A stretch of 64,000 nucleotides of DNA from Octopus bimaculoides (taxonomy: Eukaryota): the NCBI RefSeq assembly GCF_001194135.2, contig NC_069003.1, positions 19,197,554 to 19,261,553 on the forward strand, read 5' to 3'. Positions 12,416 to 24,903 of this stretch are shown piece by piece. The notes beneath the pieces were generated by a model. That model worked only from the letters and a program-made list of their open reading frames with translations, was not told the origin of the DNA and made no database searches. Every line of letters begins with the position of its first letter. The first letter of the stretch is position 1. Made by a program: the position numbers and the translations under genes.

Positions 12416-15358
12416 CTGTAATTAACAAAGACATCACTTCAATTATTATACAAGGGGTTTTCCTTTTTGTTTTCCAGACATTTCACAGGAAAATAACAAC
12501 ATAAATACCAAAATATTCATCTTTTACTTTTTACTTGTTTCAGTCATTAGACTATGGCAATGCTGGAGCACTCCCTTAAAGGATTTAGTCAGAAAAATTG
12601 TCCCTAGTATTTATTTCTTTTAAATCTGGTATTCTTTCAGTCTCTTTTACCAAACTGCTAAGTTATGGGGACATAAACCAACACCAGTTGTGAAGTGGTG
12701 GTGGTGGGGAGCACACACACACAATGGTTTGTTTACATCCTTGTAACTGAGCAGTTTGACATAAGGGCCTGATAGAATAAGTACCAGACTTTAAAAAAAT
12801 TACTGGGGTTCATTTGTACGACTAAACTCATCAAGGCAGTGCCCCAGCATGGCCACAGTGCAATGACTGAAACTAATAAAAAGACTGAAGCTCTAATATG
12901 ATGACAATTCCATGTGGTGCTGTCAGTGAAGAAAAATACTGCAAAATGTTGGAACGTTTCACAAACAATGCCTCATATATTGTCTCTTTAAAATGTTTCT
13001 TTCCTTTTTTCAGATTCAAAATGTTATCTTTTTACTGCATTTTTCGTGATTCCATTTTGAAAAGTAAGTTTGATTAGTGTTGTTTTCTTTTGTCTACTTT
13101 ATATTTGATATTAACAACTTTTTTGTTTCACTTTATTTTCAAATTTCTTTGTCATTGTTAATAAAATGTGACATCTTTACATTGGTAAAAAAAATGAAAA
13201 AACTTTGATATAATGTTTAGAGATGTATTTATTTACTCTGTGGATAAAAAGAATTAGGATTGAATTCATCAACAGAGTATTTATCATGGAGATGGATTTG
13301 CCAAAAGCCAACGCAGTTAGCACAATGGCAAGCTTACTAATCCCTTTGCAATGGAAATCAAGTATGTCCACTCAAAATTTCATACTCTTAACTGCAGAAA
13401 GCATTTTTTATATATCAATTTATCTTTTGCTAAATAATGTCATGCTTGAAATTATTTTTTGTTGAGATATGTTCTGGTGCCATGTTAAAAGCACTTATGC
13501 CAGTGCCACATAAGAAGCACCCAGTACACTCTCTAAAGTGTTAAGAAGAGCATCCAGCCATAAAAACCATGCCAGAACAGACAATGGAGCCTGGTACAGG
13601 CCCCATGCCTTACCCCATGTCCAACCATCCAACCCATGCCAGCTATGTTCTCTCCCTGTTTCATAACTGATATGTTCCCATACTTTGCTATGTTTTCCTC
13701 AGTGATATCTTCCCCTCTCTAAAATTTGTAAACATTCTTGCCTTGTTTTATAACTTGTATCTTTCTCATTCTTGTCATGATTTCCTCCAGCTATAAAGTC
13801 TTTCAAGTCTCTCTCTCTCTGTCTGCCTCACTATCTATTCACTATCTTACTGTTATTTCTGTTTCCTGAGGTGAAGCTGGACATTGTTTATCCACAATGC
13901 ATCCACCCATACCTACCTGAAATTTATAAACCGGAAACCCCTACAGGGCTCTGCCTCACTTCTGTACCAGAAGATTGCATATCTCCCTCACCCTCACCCC
14001 CATCACCACCAATCATCCACACTACTGCATGTACCAAAAGGAGATGTGTTACTTAGTAAATTAACAAACCACCTTTCTTTCTATATGTAATGTACTAACC
14101 AATAGTGGTTCATTTACTTAATTTAAACATTGACCTATAATAAAGCTTATATTTACAATACTCATAACACTTATGTTTATAATGCTTACATTACACTCAC
14201 CCCTAATAGGGGCAACAGTTTTAATATGTTTGAATGATGGTAGGTTAAAGCAAGAGCAACTTCTAAATCAGACTGGAGTCTGGTGCAGCTTTCCAGCTCT
14301 GGTCAAACCATCCAACCCATGCCAGCATGGACAATGGATGCTAATTGATGACAATGATAATGTACAGGTACCTGTATTTCATTTAAATGTTAAAATAAAA
14401 CACCTGTAATATATTTAGGACAAATTTACTAATAATGTACATAGCACTATGATCAATATACTAATGAGGTATTTGATATTACGATGAATTTACCAAAGTT
14501 GTATTTAGTGTGACTGTCGAATTTCCTGCTTCAAATTAGGTTCTTTCTTGGAAATTAAAGAGCCAAGTTCTTTTTAAATTGAGAAAAATAATAACAATCA
14601 ACACCCCAACCATCATCACCATCACAATCATCATAACTATTTCCACCATGACCACCATTATAACTATTTCCATCACCACCCTTATCACAATTATCAGAAC
14701 TGTCTGCATCACCACCACCACTACTATCATCAACATCATCATCATTGTTGATGCCATCAGTATTACCATCCAGGTAGTTAAAAAATAACTAAACCAGTCC
14801 TTGAATCAATCCCACCATCCATATTTTCTCACAATGCCACATTTAGTAGCAAACTTTACTCTGTCTTAATGTCCTTCTACTTACGCTAATTAATTATTTA
14901 ATCAATTCTCTTCTTATCCAACCCATTCTTTGTTTATTTTTTCCCCCTGTTGTCTTTCACTTAATAGATTTTACTCAATACTAGAAATTGTTACTGTAAT
15001 TATTACAAATGCGATTGTGAATGAGGTTCACCACCACCATACTCACAAGCAGCCTCATTCCACCCCTCTCTCAACATTTTCTTTCTTTCCTTCCTTCTCC
15101 TCTCTCTCCTTTCTCTCATACCTTCTTCTTTCCACCTTTTCCTCCTATCTCTCATTACTTTTGTCTTTTTTGTTCCTCCTCTGTCCCACCTCTCCTTATA
15201 TATCTCTCATATGCTTTTCCATCAATTCTTTCCCTTTTCCCCTCTCTCGCCCTCTCCTCCCCTCATATCCAATTTTCTTCTCTTTTCTCTAATATCCTTT
15301 TCTTTCTTTCTTATCCCATTCTCTATTACTTCCATCCCCAAGTAAAGTTAACAATCTC

Positions 15359-15402
<44 letters not shown>

Positions 15403-15879
15403 TTTTCTGTCCCATAAAATTGACAACAGCAGACTTAGACCAAGCAAACAGTTTCTTCTGAAAGGAGAAACAAAAAGTCATACTAAACTACATTTCTTAT
15501 TTCCACTCCCCAACCCTGAAAGTTTTATCAAGGGGTTAGAGCAGGGGGATTAAAATGGCTAAACACACATTAACCAATCTGAAAGAAACACTGACCAGTC
15601 TTGCGCTGATCAAACAGCTCTAGTGATATTTTAAGACCTAGAACTTCTGAAAACACAACCAACTTCGGTGTTTCAGTGTTTACAACACCAGTGACTTGTT
15701 AATCACTATTTTTCTGTATCAATAGAGATGAAATCTGTCTAAGCATGTAGTGATAGTGAATACTTGTTACTGATGATACACAACTATGCAGAAATCCCAG
15801 ATTTAGCAATTCCATTACTACTTCTGGATGCTTTATGTATGTTACTGATAGTTCTGTACTTTTTAGCACTATACATCTG

Positions 15880-16470
15880 TAGGAGCCCCTCTCAGTAGAG
15901 GGGCTTGCATGGACCAATGTCGCTGAGAGCAACGCTGTCAGGAGTTTTAAACTCCTTGTAGATTCACCCTTGGTGACAAGGTTGAAGACAAGGACCCAAA
16001 CTAAGTGCAACCAACCCCCACAAAGATCCTAATGGTAGAATAAGTGGATGATGATTCCAACAGGTCTCAATGCTTGAACCAACAGATGAAGAGGGCTATA
16101 CATGATGGATGTGCTACAGAAGATGTTGCTCGAAACTATAACTGGGTGAGTGGCAGGCTGTTGCAATTTCATAACTGGATCCTGCATGTCTCATTCCATA
16201 TGTGCTACAGTGGAAGGTTATGAAATCAAGTATGTGAGCCACTTCTTGGCAAGTTGAGCTCCACTTTAAACAAATCCATGCCACTGGCACTTTCTTCTAT
16301 GCTATATGAGATACTTTCTCAAAATGAATACTGTAGTGTTGAGGCTTTCTTAAAGTATATTCATGTTGAGTAAGATATTCAGATAGCTATTCTGAACTAA
16401 TACAGATTCAGTCTAATAGCGAATGAAGAGATTGTGTCAAGATACCCACAAGGCATTTTGTCCTTAATTC
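15880..16470 (-). mobile_element. Highly decayed RTE (BovB-like) LINE 3' relic
   Basis: Frameshifted traces W.GFV.SGAQLA and CN..CHS (RTE C-terminal CxRxCxSRIGL motif), followed by a UTR-like structured segment. Confidence 0.4.
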
Positions 16471-16775
16471 CACCAACTCTCAGCTAGCAATAACAATATT
16501 TATGGCTTATTTTGCCCAGTAACAAGATCTTTGGAGAGAAAACATTAAGAGGTGAGGGAGGTGGTGTGTGTCGATCGATTGTATTGGAGATCTTAGTAAA
16601 TTGTTTTATATTGACTCTATTAGGATAAAAGACAAACATTAGAGTTGGTAGGATGTGAAACACAATGGATGACAGTGACATGAAGGGGAAAGAATGATGA
16701 AGATGAAGGAGAAAAAAAATAACAGAAAAATAACAAAGAAAAACATCAAAAAAGGAACCAGAAAAAAATACTGAG

Positions 16776-17145
16776 ACATACACACACATAAATATATATA
16801 CATACAAACGCACACACATTCACAGAACTGCAAATACACATACACAAACATATATATGCTCACATATGCATACATATATATACATATGTATACTCACACA
16901 TATATAGATATATATACACAAATATTTATATATATACACACAGACATACACACACATAAATATATACACATACAAACACACACACATTCACAAAACTGCA
17001 AATACACATACACAAACATATATATGCTCACATATACATACATATATATACATATGTATACACACACACACATATATAGATATATATACATATGTATACA
17101 TATATATACAAATATTTATATATATATACACAGACATACACACGT
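16776..17145. repeat. Tandem duplication (about 166-bp unit) of a degenerate CA/TA tract
   Basis: AGACATACACACACATAAAT...AACTGCAAATACACATACAC repeated about 2.1 times. Confidence 0.8.
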
Positions 17146-17868
17146 ATATCCATTTATACAAATATGATACACTATTACACACACACATACATGAGATTAG
17201 AAGAGTAATGTCTGTGATTAGAGTCAGTAAACAATGATCAAAAATACTGGAACAGCCATTGTTACTGATGTAAGAACTGAGTGTTTTGTCAGTGGCAACA
17301 ACAACCACCATCTCTCTCTACACACACGCGCAAAAAAAACCTTACCAGAATCAATACTACTACACACCTACACACCATGCATTTCAGTCAAACAATGCCA
17401 TTGAAGATAAGTTTTGAATTATATATATTTTATATTGCAGGTTTGAGAACAACAGCATTGTTGGTTCCAGGTTTCCAATGGGTCAATCATTGGCCCACTG
17501 TATGTTACAATGGTGATAATGAAAAGGGAGTGTGAGAGTGTAATTTGGGTGAAGTAAAAACCACAAGATACTTTCCATGCAAACACACCAGTTTATTTGA
17601 TTTTCTTGCAAATATTTACATCTTTTGCTGGAAAAAATGCACGCACACGCACACACACATATATATATATTTATTTATTGTGCTTTTAATTATAAATTTT
17701 TGCTATATGTGACAGTGGATTTTCATCGATGCGTTCATGAACCTTGGTTCTTTTCCCTAAAACTATATATTTATATATATTTTATACTGTGAAACTTAAT
17801 TAAAATTTAATTTTTAATAAATTGATTTTAAATGAGTTTTTACCTGTAATTTTGGATTTTATCCCTAA

Positions 17869-17909
<41 letters not shown>

Positions 17910-18164
17910 NNNNNNNNNNNNNNNNNNNNNNNNNNNNNNNNNNNNNNNNNNNNNNNNNNNNNNNNNNNNNNNNNNNNNNNNNNNNNNNNNNNNNNNNNNN
18001 NNNNNNNNNNNNNNNNNNNNNNNNNNNNNNNNNNNNNNNNNNNNNNNNNNNNNNNNNNNNNNNNNNNNNNNNNNNNNNNNNNNNNNNNNNNNNNNNNNNN
18101 NNNNNNNNNNNNNNNNNNNNNNNNNNNNNNNNNNNNNNNNNNNNNNNNNNNNNNTCTGTTTCTT

Positions 18165-18433
18165 GCACAAAGCTGACTGCAAGGAAATGGACAAGGAGAT
18201 TTATAAAATTTTAGACACTTCTATATCTTAAGATTTTGTGTTTTGTTATAAAAATTATTTTACACTCATCAGTAGAATATACTGACCATATATATTTTTC
18301 ACTTATAGATGGTCGGTATATTCTACCGATGAGTGTAAAGTAATTTTTATCACAAAACATGGAATCTTGAGATATAGAGTTGTCCGAAATTTTATAAATC
18401 TTCTTGTCCATTTCTCCGCATCCAGTCTTGTGC
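18165..18433. mobile_element. Fold-back / MITE-like element
   Basis: 125-nt arms (18165-18289 and 18309-18433), about 84% complementary, 19-nt loop; abuts an N-gap. Confidence 0.7.
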
Positions 18434-18807
18434 CAAAAGGAGAATTTAGAGTGGTTTGTAGACATTTGACATCTACTTCTAGTATATTGGATTTGTTTCT
18501 CCAGTGCCCTTCATTATAATTATATATTTATAATTATATACTTAAATATTAATTTTACTGATATGGTAGTTATTATATGCTGGCCACTGATAAAATCATT
18601 TTAATGGTTGTAGCCTCAATTTATATATATATATATATATATACATGCATATAACATTTTAAAATCATTTCATTAATTTCTTTCTAAATTGAAATGTCTT
18701 ATATTTACTCCTGTGCTGTTTCCACCTCCATTTTTTGTATATAAAAACTTGATTTGTATACATTTCTAATCTTTTTTTCAACTATATAAATATATATATA
18801 TATATAT

Positions 18808-19570
18808 ATCATCATCATCATTTAGCATCTGTTGTCCATGCAGGTATAGATTGGACGGTTTGGTAAACTGAGGAGCTGCACCAGACTCTAATCTGATTTG
18901 CGTGGTTTCTAAGGCTGAATGCCCTTCCTAATGCCAACCACTCCAAGAGTGTAATGGGTGCTTTTACGTGCCAGTTTCTGTGAGACCAGCATCTGCCACA
19001 ACTATGATTTCACTTGGCTTGATGGGCTTTCTTTTCAAGCACAGTATATTGCCATTTTTCTCAAGCACAGTACATTGGTCATTTGTCATTGCCTCTGTAA
19101 GCCCCAATGCTTGAGAGGTGCTTTTTACATGCCACCGGCATGGGTGCTAGTTATGCAACACCAACATTAGCCACATTGCCCCCATGAGGCCCAACGCTCA
19201 AAAGGTGTTTTTTATGTGCCGGTTACGTGACACTGACAACAGCCATAGCTATGATTTCATTTGGCTTGACAGGTCTTCTCAAGCACAGCATATCGTCAGA
19301 GGTCTCAGACACTAGTCATTGCCTCCATGAGGCCCAAGTTTGAAGATCATGCTTCACCACCTTATTCCATGTCTTCTTGGGTATCTCTCTTCCACTGGTA
19401 GAGATCAGCACTTCTTCACAAAACTGTCTACATCCATATACATGACATGATCATACTAACACAGTCGTCTCTCTTGCACACCACATCTGATGCCTCTTAT
19501 GCCCAGCTTTTCTCTGAAGATGCTTACATTGTTGTACATGCACAGTGACATATCATTGCATACAGGTATC
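18808..19570 (-). mobile_element. RTE-clade LINE 3' fragment (decayed ORF end, 3' UTR, (ATG)n tail)
   Basis: Minus-strand translation EKLGIRGIRCGVQERRL...PKKTWNKVVKHDLQT..; tail seen as (CAT)n at about 18810. Confidence 0.7.
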
Positions 19571-20098
19571 ATGACAGAACCAAAGACAGAGTTCAGTAGT
19601 AGGTTCCACATTCCACTCTAATTTCTAATGTAGTGCGTATCAGGGCAAGAAGCTCAGGATAGGCTTGAGTGCAGAATATATATATACACACACAAATATA
19701 ATTGTGTACACACACACACATATATAAATACATACATACATATATAGGGTGTGTTGCTGTATGTGCATGACTGGGTAAGTGTAAATGTGCATATCTGCAT
19801 GCATACATGTCTACAGATACATCAATTTTTCCCGCTGTTTTTCTTATACAGACCCCACTCAGATAATATATGATAACTCAACCCAATGGAGTACGTGTGT
19901 CTGTTCAACAATTCACATGTACTTGCATTACTTCTGCCACTTGAGGGACAACTTGTATGTGTCTGTTCAGTTTTACTTGTCTGAAGAAGTAACTACATAT
20001 AAACACACACACACATATGCATGCTTAGAACTAAATAGTTTATCAAAGAATTTCACAGGAGATTTCCAGAAGAAGAATGTAAGAAAGTGACTACTCAC

Positions 20099-20207
20099 CA
20101 CATGCACCACCAAGTGTTATAACTTCATTTCTCTGACCTCCAAATGTTGCTTTACGGATAAATTTTAATTTTACTTTTCCTTGTGTTTTTCTCAAAATCT
20201 CCATTGC
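20099..20207 (-). CDS. MPDZ: MPDZ exon, PDZ9-equivalent end plus linker: AMEILRKTQGKVKLKFIRKATFGGQRNEVITLGGAC(G)
   Basis: Acceptor ccatttatag, donor GTG|gtgagt; 109 nt, phase 0 to 1; alphaB/betaF-like A..IL....GKVKL.F.R. Confidence 0.9.
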
Positions 20208-20376
20208 CTATAAATGGAAATATAAGATACATGAAGACATGGGAAAATAAGACAAAAATGAAAAACAAGCACAACACAATAATTGTGTATGATGTATGTG
20301 TGAATGTATATTCATTGTATGTATGTATCCAAATATATGTCTACACAAATAAATATATAAATATATATATATAATC

Positions 20377-20599
20377 TCCAAAATTAGGGAATGGAATAGA
20401 TAAAATCCAGGCTACATATGTTTCATAGCTAGCAGAACCTCGTAAGTAGTAATAGTCCAATTGGGGGGTAATCTGCTAGCCAAAGGTACCTTAATCAAAT
20501 GAAGTTTACATTGTTGTCATGGGATCCTATTTCTGAGGTTCTGCTAGCTAGGAAACATATGAAGCCTGGATTTTATCAACTCTATTTCCTAATTTTGGA
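20377..20599. mobile_element. MITE-like element with about 73-nt inverted arms
   Basis: 20377-20449 pairs with 20527-20599 (gataaaatccaggct...agcagaacctc and its complement). Confidence 0.65.
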
Positions 20600-21815
20600 T
20601 TTTTATTTGCATATAGACCAACCCCAGCTGCTAACCGCAAGGTATAAAACAATTTTTTCAGCTTATCAAACGTTGATGTGGGAAAAATTTACATCCTTCT
20701 ACATCAATAAACCACTATTGTTCCTGAAAGTTGTTTTTTATAGTTGTTTCTACAGACTACTTGAAGTTTACAAACTTCCTACACCTTGATCCTTGGCTTT
20801 TACCTTTGCACATACATACATATATATATATATACATATATAAATAAAAGCACCAGGATGAGTGAATTTGGTAAACAGAAACTGGAAAAAGCTCCTCATA
20901 TTATGTAAGTGCGAAGGTATGATTTTGTCTATTTTGACATTGCATGATAGTTGTAAATGAGTTAAGTGAGCATCACTGTCATACAGTGTTATTCACTTCC
21001 AATATTCTGTGAAAACATGTCTGGTCATGGGAAAATATATTTTGCTGGGAAACAGGTGAGGGTTGGTAAAAGGAAGCGCATCCAGCCATTGAAAATATGC
21101 TTCAATAAAGTCCATCTGATCTATTTTGGCATGGAAAAGTGAATGTTAAAATGATGATGTGAATATATGGGTATATCTAAACATGTCAGATTGCTCAGGT
21201 TGCTCAACACTCTTACTGGTAACATATAAGCCAACCCTATTGACTAAACTTCTACTTCTACCAAGCTAGCTCAGTGAGAAAGGTTACTAGAAACCCAACA
21301 AAATGGAAACAATACCAACCAAAGGGACAAATGAACTGTGTAGGGTCTACAGGTATCTAGCTGTAGCATGGCACCTTGAACAGTCCATGTTGATGTCCAG
21401 TATGCTTTAAGTCAACTGGGTAGGAGACACCCCTTAATTCCCATTAAGGTATGTCTCTATAAGGTGACCTCAAAATAAAACTCAAGGAATACTGTTTAGG
21501 GAAGTCATGGCACACTGTGCAGCATTCGTTTGTTATTTCCCCAAAATATGTGGCTGATCCTACACAAGCCCCAACCATCGTTGTTTCTGTAGTCTAAAAG
21601 TTCAGTTTAGTTCTGCCAAAAGAAGTAACATTTCTGGTGAGCTGTTGGAAGTTCATTCATCAAAACATTTGCCCAAAGTGCTTCCAGTAGGACTGAACCC
21701 GAAACCACATGGTTGAAAGTAAATCTCTTAACCACACAGCCATGCCTACACACACATGGATGAAGAAAAAAAATGAACCAAACACGTTTTTGTAAATAAG
21801 GTGTGTTAGCATGTA

Positions 21816-21854
<39 letters not shown>

Positions 21855-22569
21855 CATACATACATAAATAAATAAATACATATATATTTATACATATGTA
21901 ACTTGCAATTTAATAGCCACTTTGCTCCAAACATTACAATACCTCCTNNNNNNNNNNNNNNNNNNNNNNNNNNNNNNNNNNNNNNNNNNNNNNNNNNNNN
22001 NNNNNNNNNNNNNNNNNNNNNNNNNNNNNNNNNNNNNNNNNNNNNNNNNNNNNNNNNNNNNNNNNNNNNNNNNNNNNNNNNNNNNNNNNNNNNNNNNNNN
22101 NNNNNNNNNNNNNNNNNNNNNNNNNNNNNNNNNNNNNNNNNNNNNNNNNNNNNNNNNNNNNNNNNNNNNNNNNNNNNNNNNNNNNNNNNNNNNNNNNNNN
22201 NNNNNNNNNNNNAACTCTAATTACTACTTGGATAACAAGATTAAGTCACGTTTTTGTTATTAATTTTTTCTTTTTGTGTTAGTTTCTTTTAATATTCAAA
22301 TCAAAAAATTGTGTGTAAATAGCACTAATTACAGTTTGGATAGCTAAATTAAATCAAGTTTGTGTGTGTGTGTGTGTGTGTGTGTGAGAGATATGTCTTC
22401 AAAGAAAAAAAAATTCTCTGCAGTTGTGGACATTAAAAACATTCTTTTTGTTTTTGCTGAAACATACACAGCATATTCTAACATTCAAAAGCTACTGAAA
22501 AAAAAAAAAAAGATGAAGAAGAAACTCCCTATTTCTTTAGAACTTCTCTAAAGAAAATACCTCTATGTT

Positions 22570-22830
22570 TTCCAGAAAACTGGTTCTACTGTGGCAAGGA
22601 ACAAAGGAGCTCGCAAACTTAGGACTAAACTACAAGAACAGATGACAGAAGACTAAAATTTTTAGTTCTTCAGGAAATAAAAAGCCGACAGCAACTATCA
22701 AGAGAATTTATAACTGGTGGAAACACAGCTGGTTCCAGAAGGACCATAATATGAAGACTGAAAGAGGTGGGTTTTGTGATTTGCTATGAAGCCTTTTTTA
22801 ACCAAGAAAAACAGCACATTCCAGTAACAA
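22570..22830 (+). mobile_element. Tc1-like transposase N-terminal (HTH) relic
   Basis: KTGSTVAR.., then after a frameshift TDDRRLKFLVL...LSREF...SRRTII*RLKEVGF (Tc1/Tc3 HTH pattern). Confidence 0.6.
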
Positions 22831-24254
22831 CTACAAGAATAGTTATATTGAATGATATAGTCCTTGATATACAAAAAGACAGGAAGCTCAAAACTGAGGC
22901 ACTTTTGGTCATAGGCCTACTCAAACTGGACAAACCTGGGGGCTAAACAATGATCACAAGGAACAACTACAAGAAAAGTCACATAGAGTAAGGCAGTCTG
23001 ATCCAGAATCTGATAAAGAAATGACCAAAAATGATTGCAGTTAGTAACATACTGTGTAGGGGAAGACCTATCCAATACATGCAAGTATGAAAAAACATGT
23101 ATCTGATGATGGTGAATATGATGCCATGTAGTCAAAAAGACAGTAAGCTCACAGGTGGAGCACCTTTGATCATAGGCATACACAATCAGGAATGACCTAG
23201 GGTTAAACAATATCTATAACAACCCATATATTTATATTTTATCAACAATTTCTTTCAAGAAATGACTCAAATAATAAACCTGAGTTGTCTCCTAGTGGAC
23301 AGCTATTACAAAGGAGATAAACATTTCTTCATAATATTAGGTGAGATGAGAAATTTGTATCTGAAATTAAGGAATAAGGAAAGAGATGCATTGAATACAC
23401 AGATTTAATCTTTCTTTCTCTTTTATTTATTTATTTTTTTGCTTACTTATTACAGTTCTTAAAATTTCTAGTCACTGGTAATCACTATTTCATTCTTTTT
23501 AAAAAATCTACAGCATGACATAACCTGAGTATATCAATTAAACATTTTATTTAATTGATATATTTCTTATAAATAGAAAATAATTAGTTCTGAAGAAATT
23601 TATAGAATGTGCATTTTTCTTTTCTGCTTTTCTTCATAGTGTGTTAGTAGTTTAGCAATCAAGAGAAGAGAGAGAGAGAGAGAGAGAGAGAAAGTTTTGA
23701 GTGTGTACATTCAGAATAACTGTTTCTAGGGAATTCTATGCTGTGGAAATCCATATTTTCCACAAAATTCCTGGCTAATTTTGTAACAGAATTACCAAAT
23801 TTTGGCACTTAATACTTATTTTAAGATTCTGTCCTTGTCCACCACACATACATTAAGTCTAGGACATGCAAAAAGAAATCAATGACAGATGGCTTCTACT
23901 GGTTATAAATAGCAACCAAATCTTCCCGAAATCACACATTACAATTTCAAAAACAGGAAAACATTTAGATGGCATGGTCACAACTAGAAGACCTCTGATC
24001 ATTGGTCTGCATGGTCAGTGCTGACTAAGGGTTAAACAACAACAGTACTTATTAGGTGCCAAAATATTTCTGCAAAAAATGACTTCATATCAAACTGCTC
24101 TTGTTGAAATCTACATTTTCCACAGATTGTCTGTCTGAGTTTGTGTATCTGACATTCACTACAGCATTTTAGGTTTCACCCTCGCCCACCACTCAAGCAT
24201 TCAGTGCACTTTGTGTCAATAATTTTGTAAATAAATGGATTTAATCAAACCTAC

Positions 24255-24329
24255 CTTGTGGTAATCAACATTCTCCACTGAATGTCTGTCTATCTCCAAG
24301 ATCTGATCTCCTACACTCAACTGGCCATC
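24255..24329 (-). CDS. MPDZ: MPDZ exon, PDZ9-equivalent middle: DGQLSVGDQILEIDRHSVENVDYHK
   Basis: Acceptor tatttctag, donor AAG|gtaggt; 75 nt, phase 0 to 0; DG.L..GDQIL PDZ motif. Too short for the ORF track. Confidence 0.93.
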
Positions 24330-24853
24330 CTAGAAATAGCAGCAGAAAAACACATATAAATATGAATATATATACACACACATTTATCTATCAATAATAA
24401 TCTTTTGATGATATCATCATCATGATGCTAATAATGGCAGTGATGAAACAGTAATGAGAGACAGAGAGAGTGTGTGTGTGTGTGTGTGTGCAAAAGAATG
24501 TTTAATGAAGAGATGGTGATGATGGGATTTGTTGTGCTGGTGTTGATGATGACAATGATAATGATTATTATAAAGTAGTAGTGAAAGGAGAATGAGTGAA
24601 GGAAGGAGGGACAGAAGGAGAGAAAGATAAAGAGAGAGAGAAAGAGGGGGTGGTGGTAATGGCAGAAGAAGCAGTAAGATTGGTACAACTCTATATATCT
24701 ACATGTAAGAAATTAGTGGGAATGATATTGGCAACAAGTAACGAAGTTTTAATTTTTCTTTTGGCATGATCAAATATTGTATAATTATTTTCATCCATAG
24801 AGAGTGAGGGGAAAAGATAAAAAAATTATGTGTGTATATATATATATATATTT

Positions 24854-24903
<50 letters not shown>

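Noticed and set aside
13916-14055. CAG|GTAGGT donor (minus) and Pro-rich plus ORF
   Set aside because: The phase-1 frame has a stop just before the donor; no acceptor and no homology.
14495-14570. Possible extra phase-1 MPDZ exon (ELGSLISKKEPNLKQEIRQSH)
   Set aside because: In-frame TAA before the only donor, and the wrong exit phase.
19940-20010. CUGAAGA motif in Penelope-LTR-like text (also 26907, 53485 minus, 60698)
   Set aside because: No GAAA with a proper stem II, or no stem I; degenerate at best.
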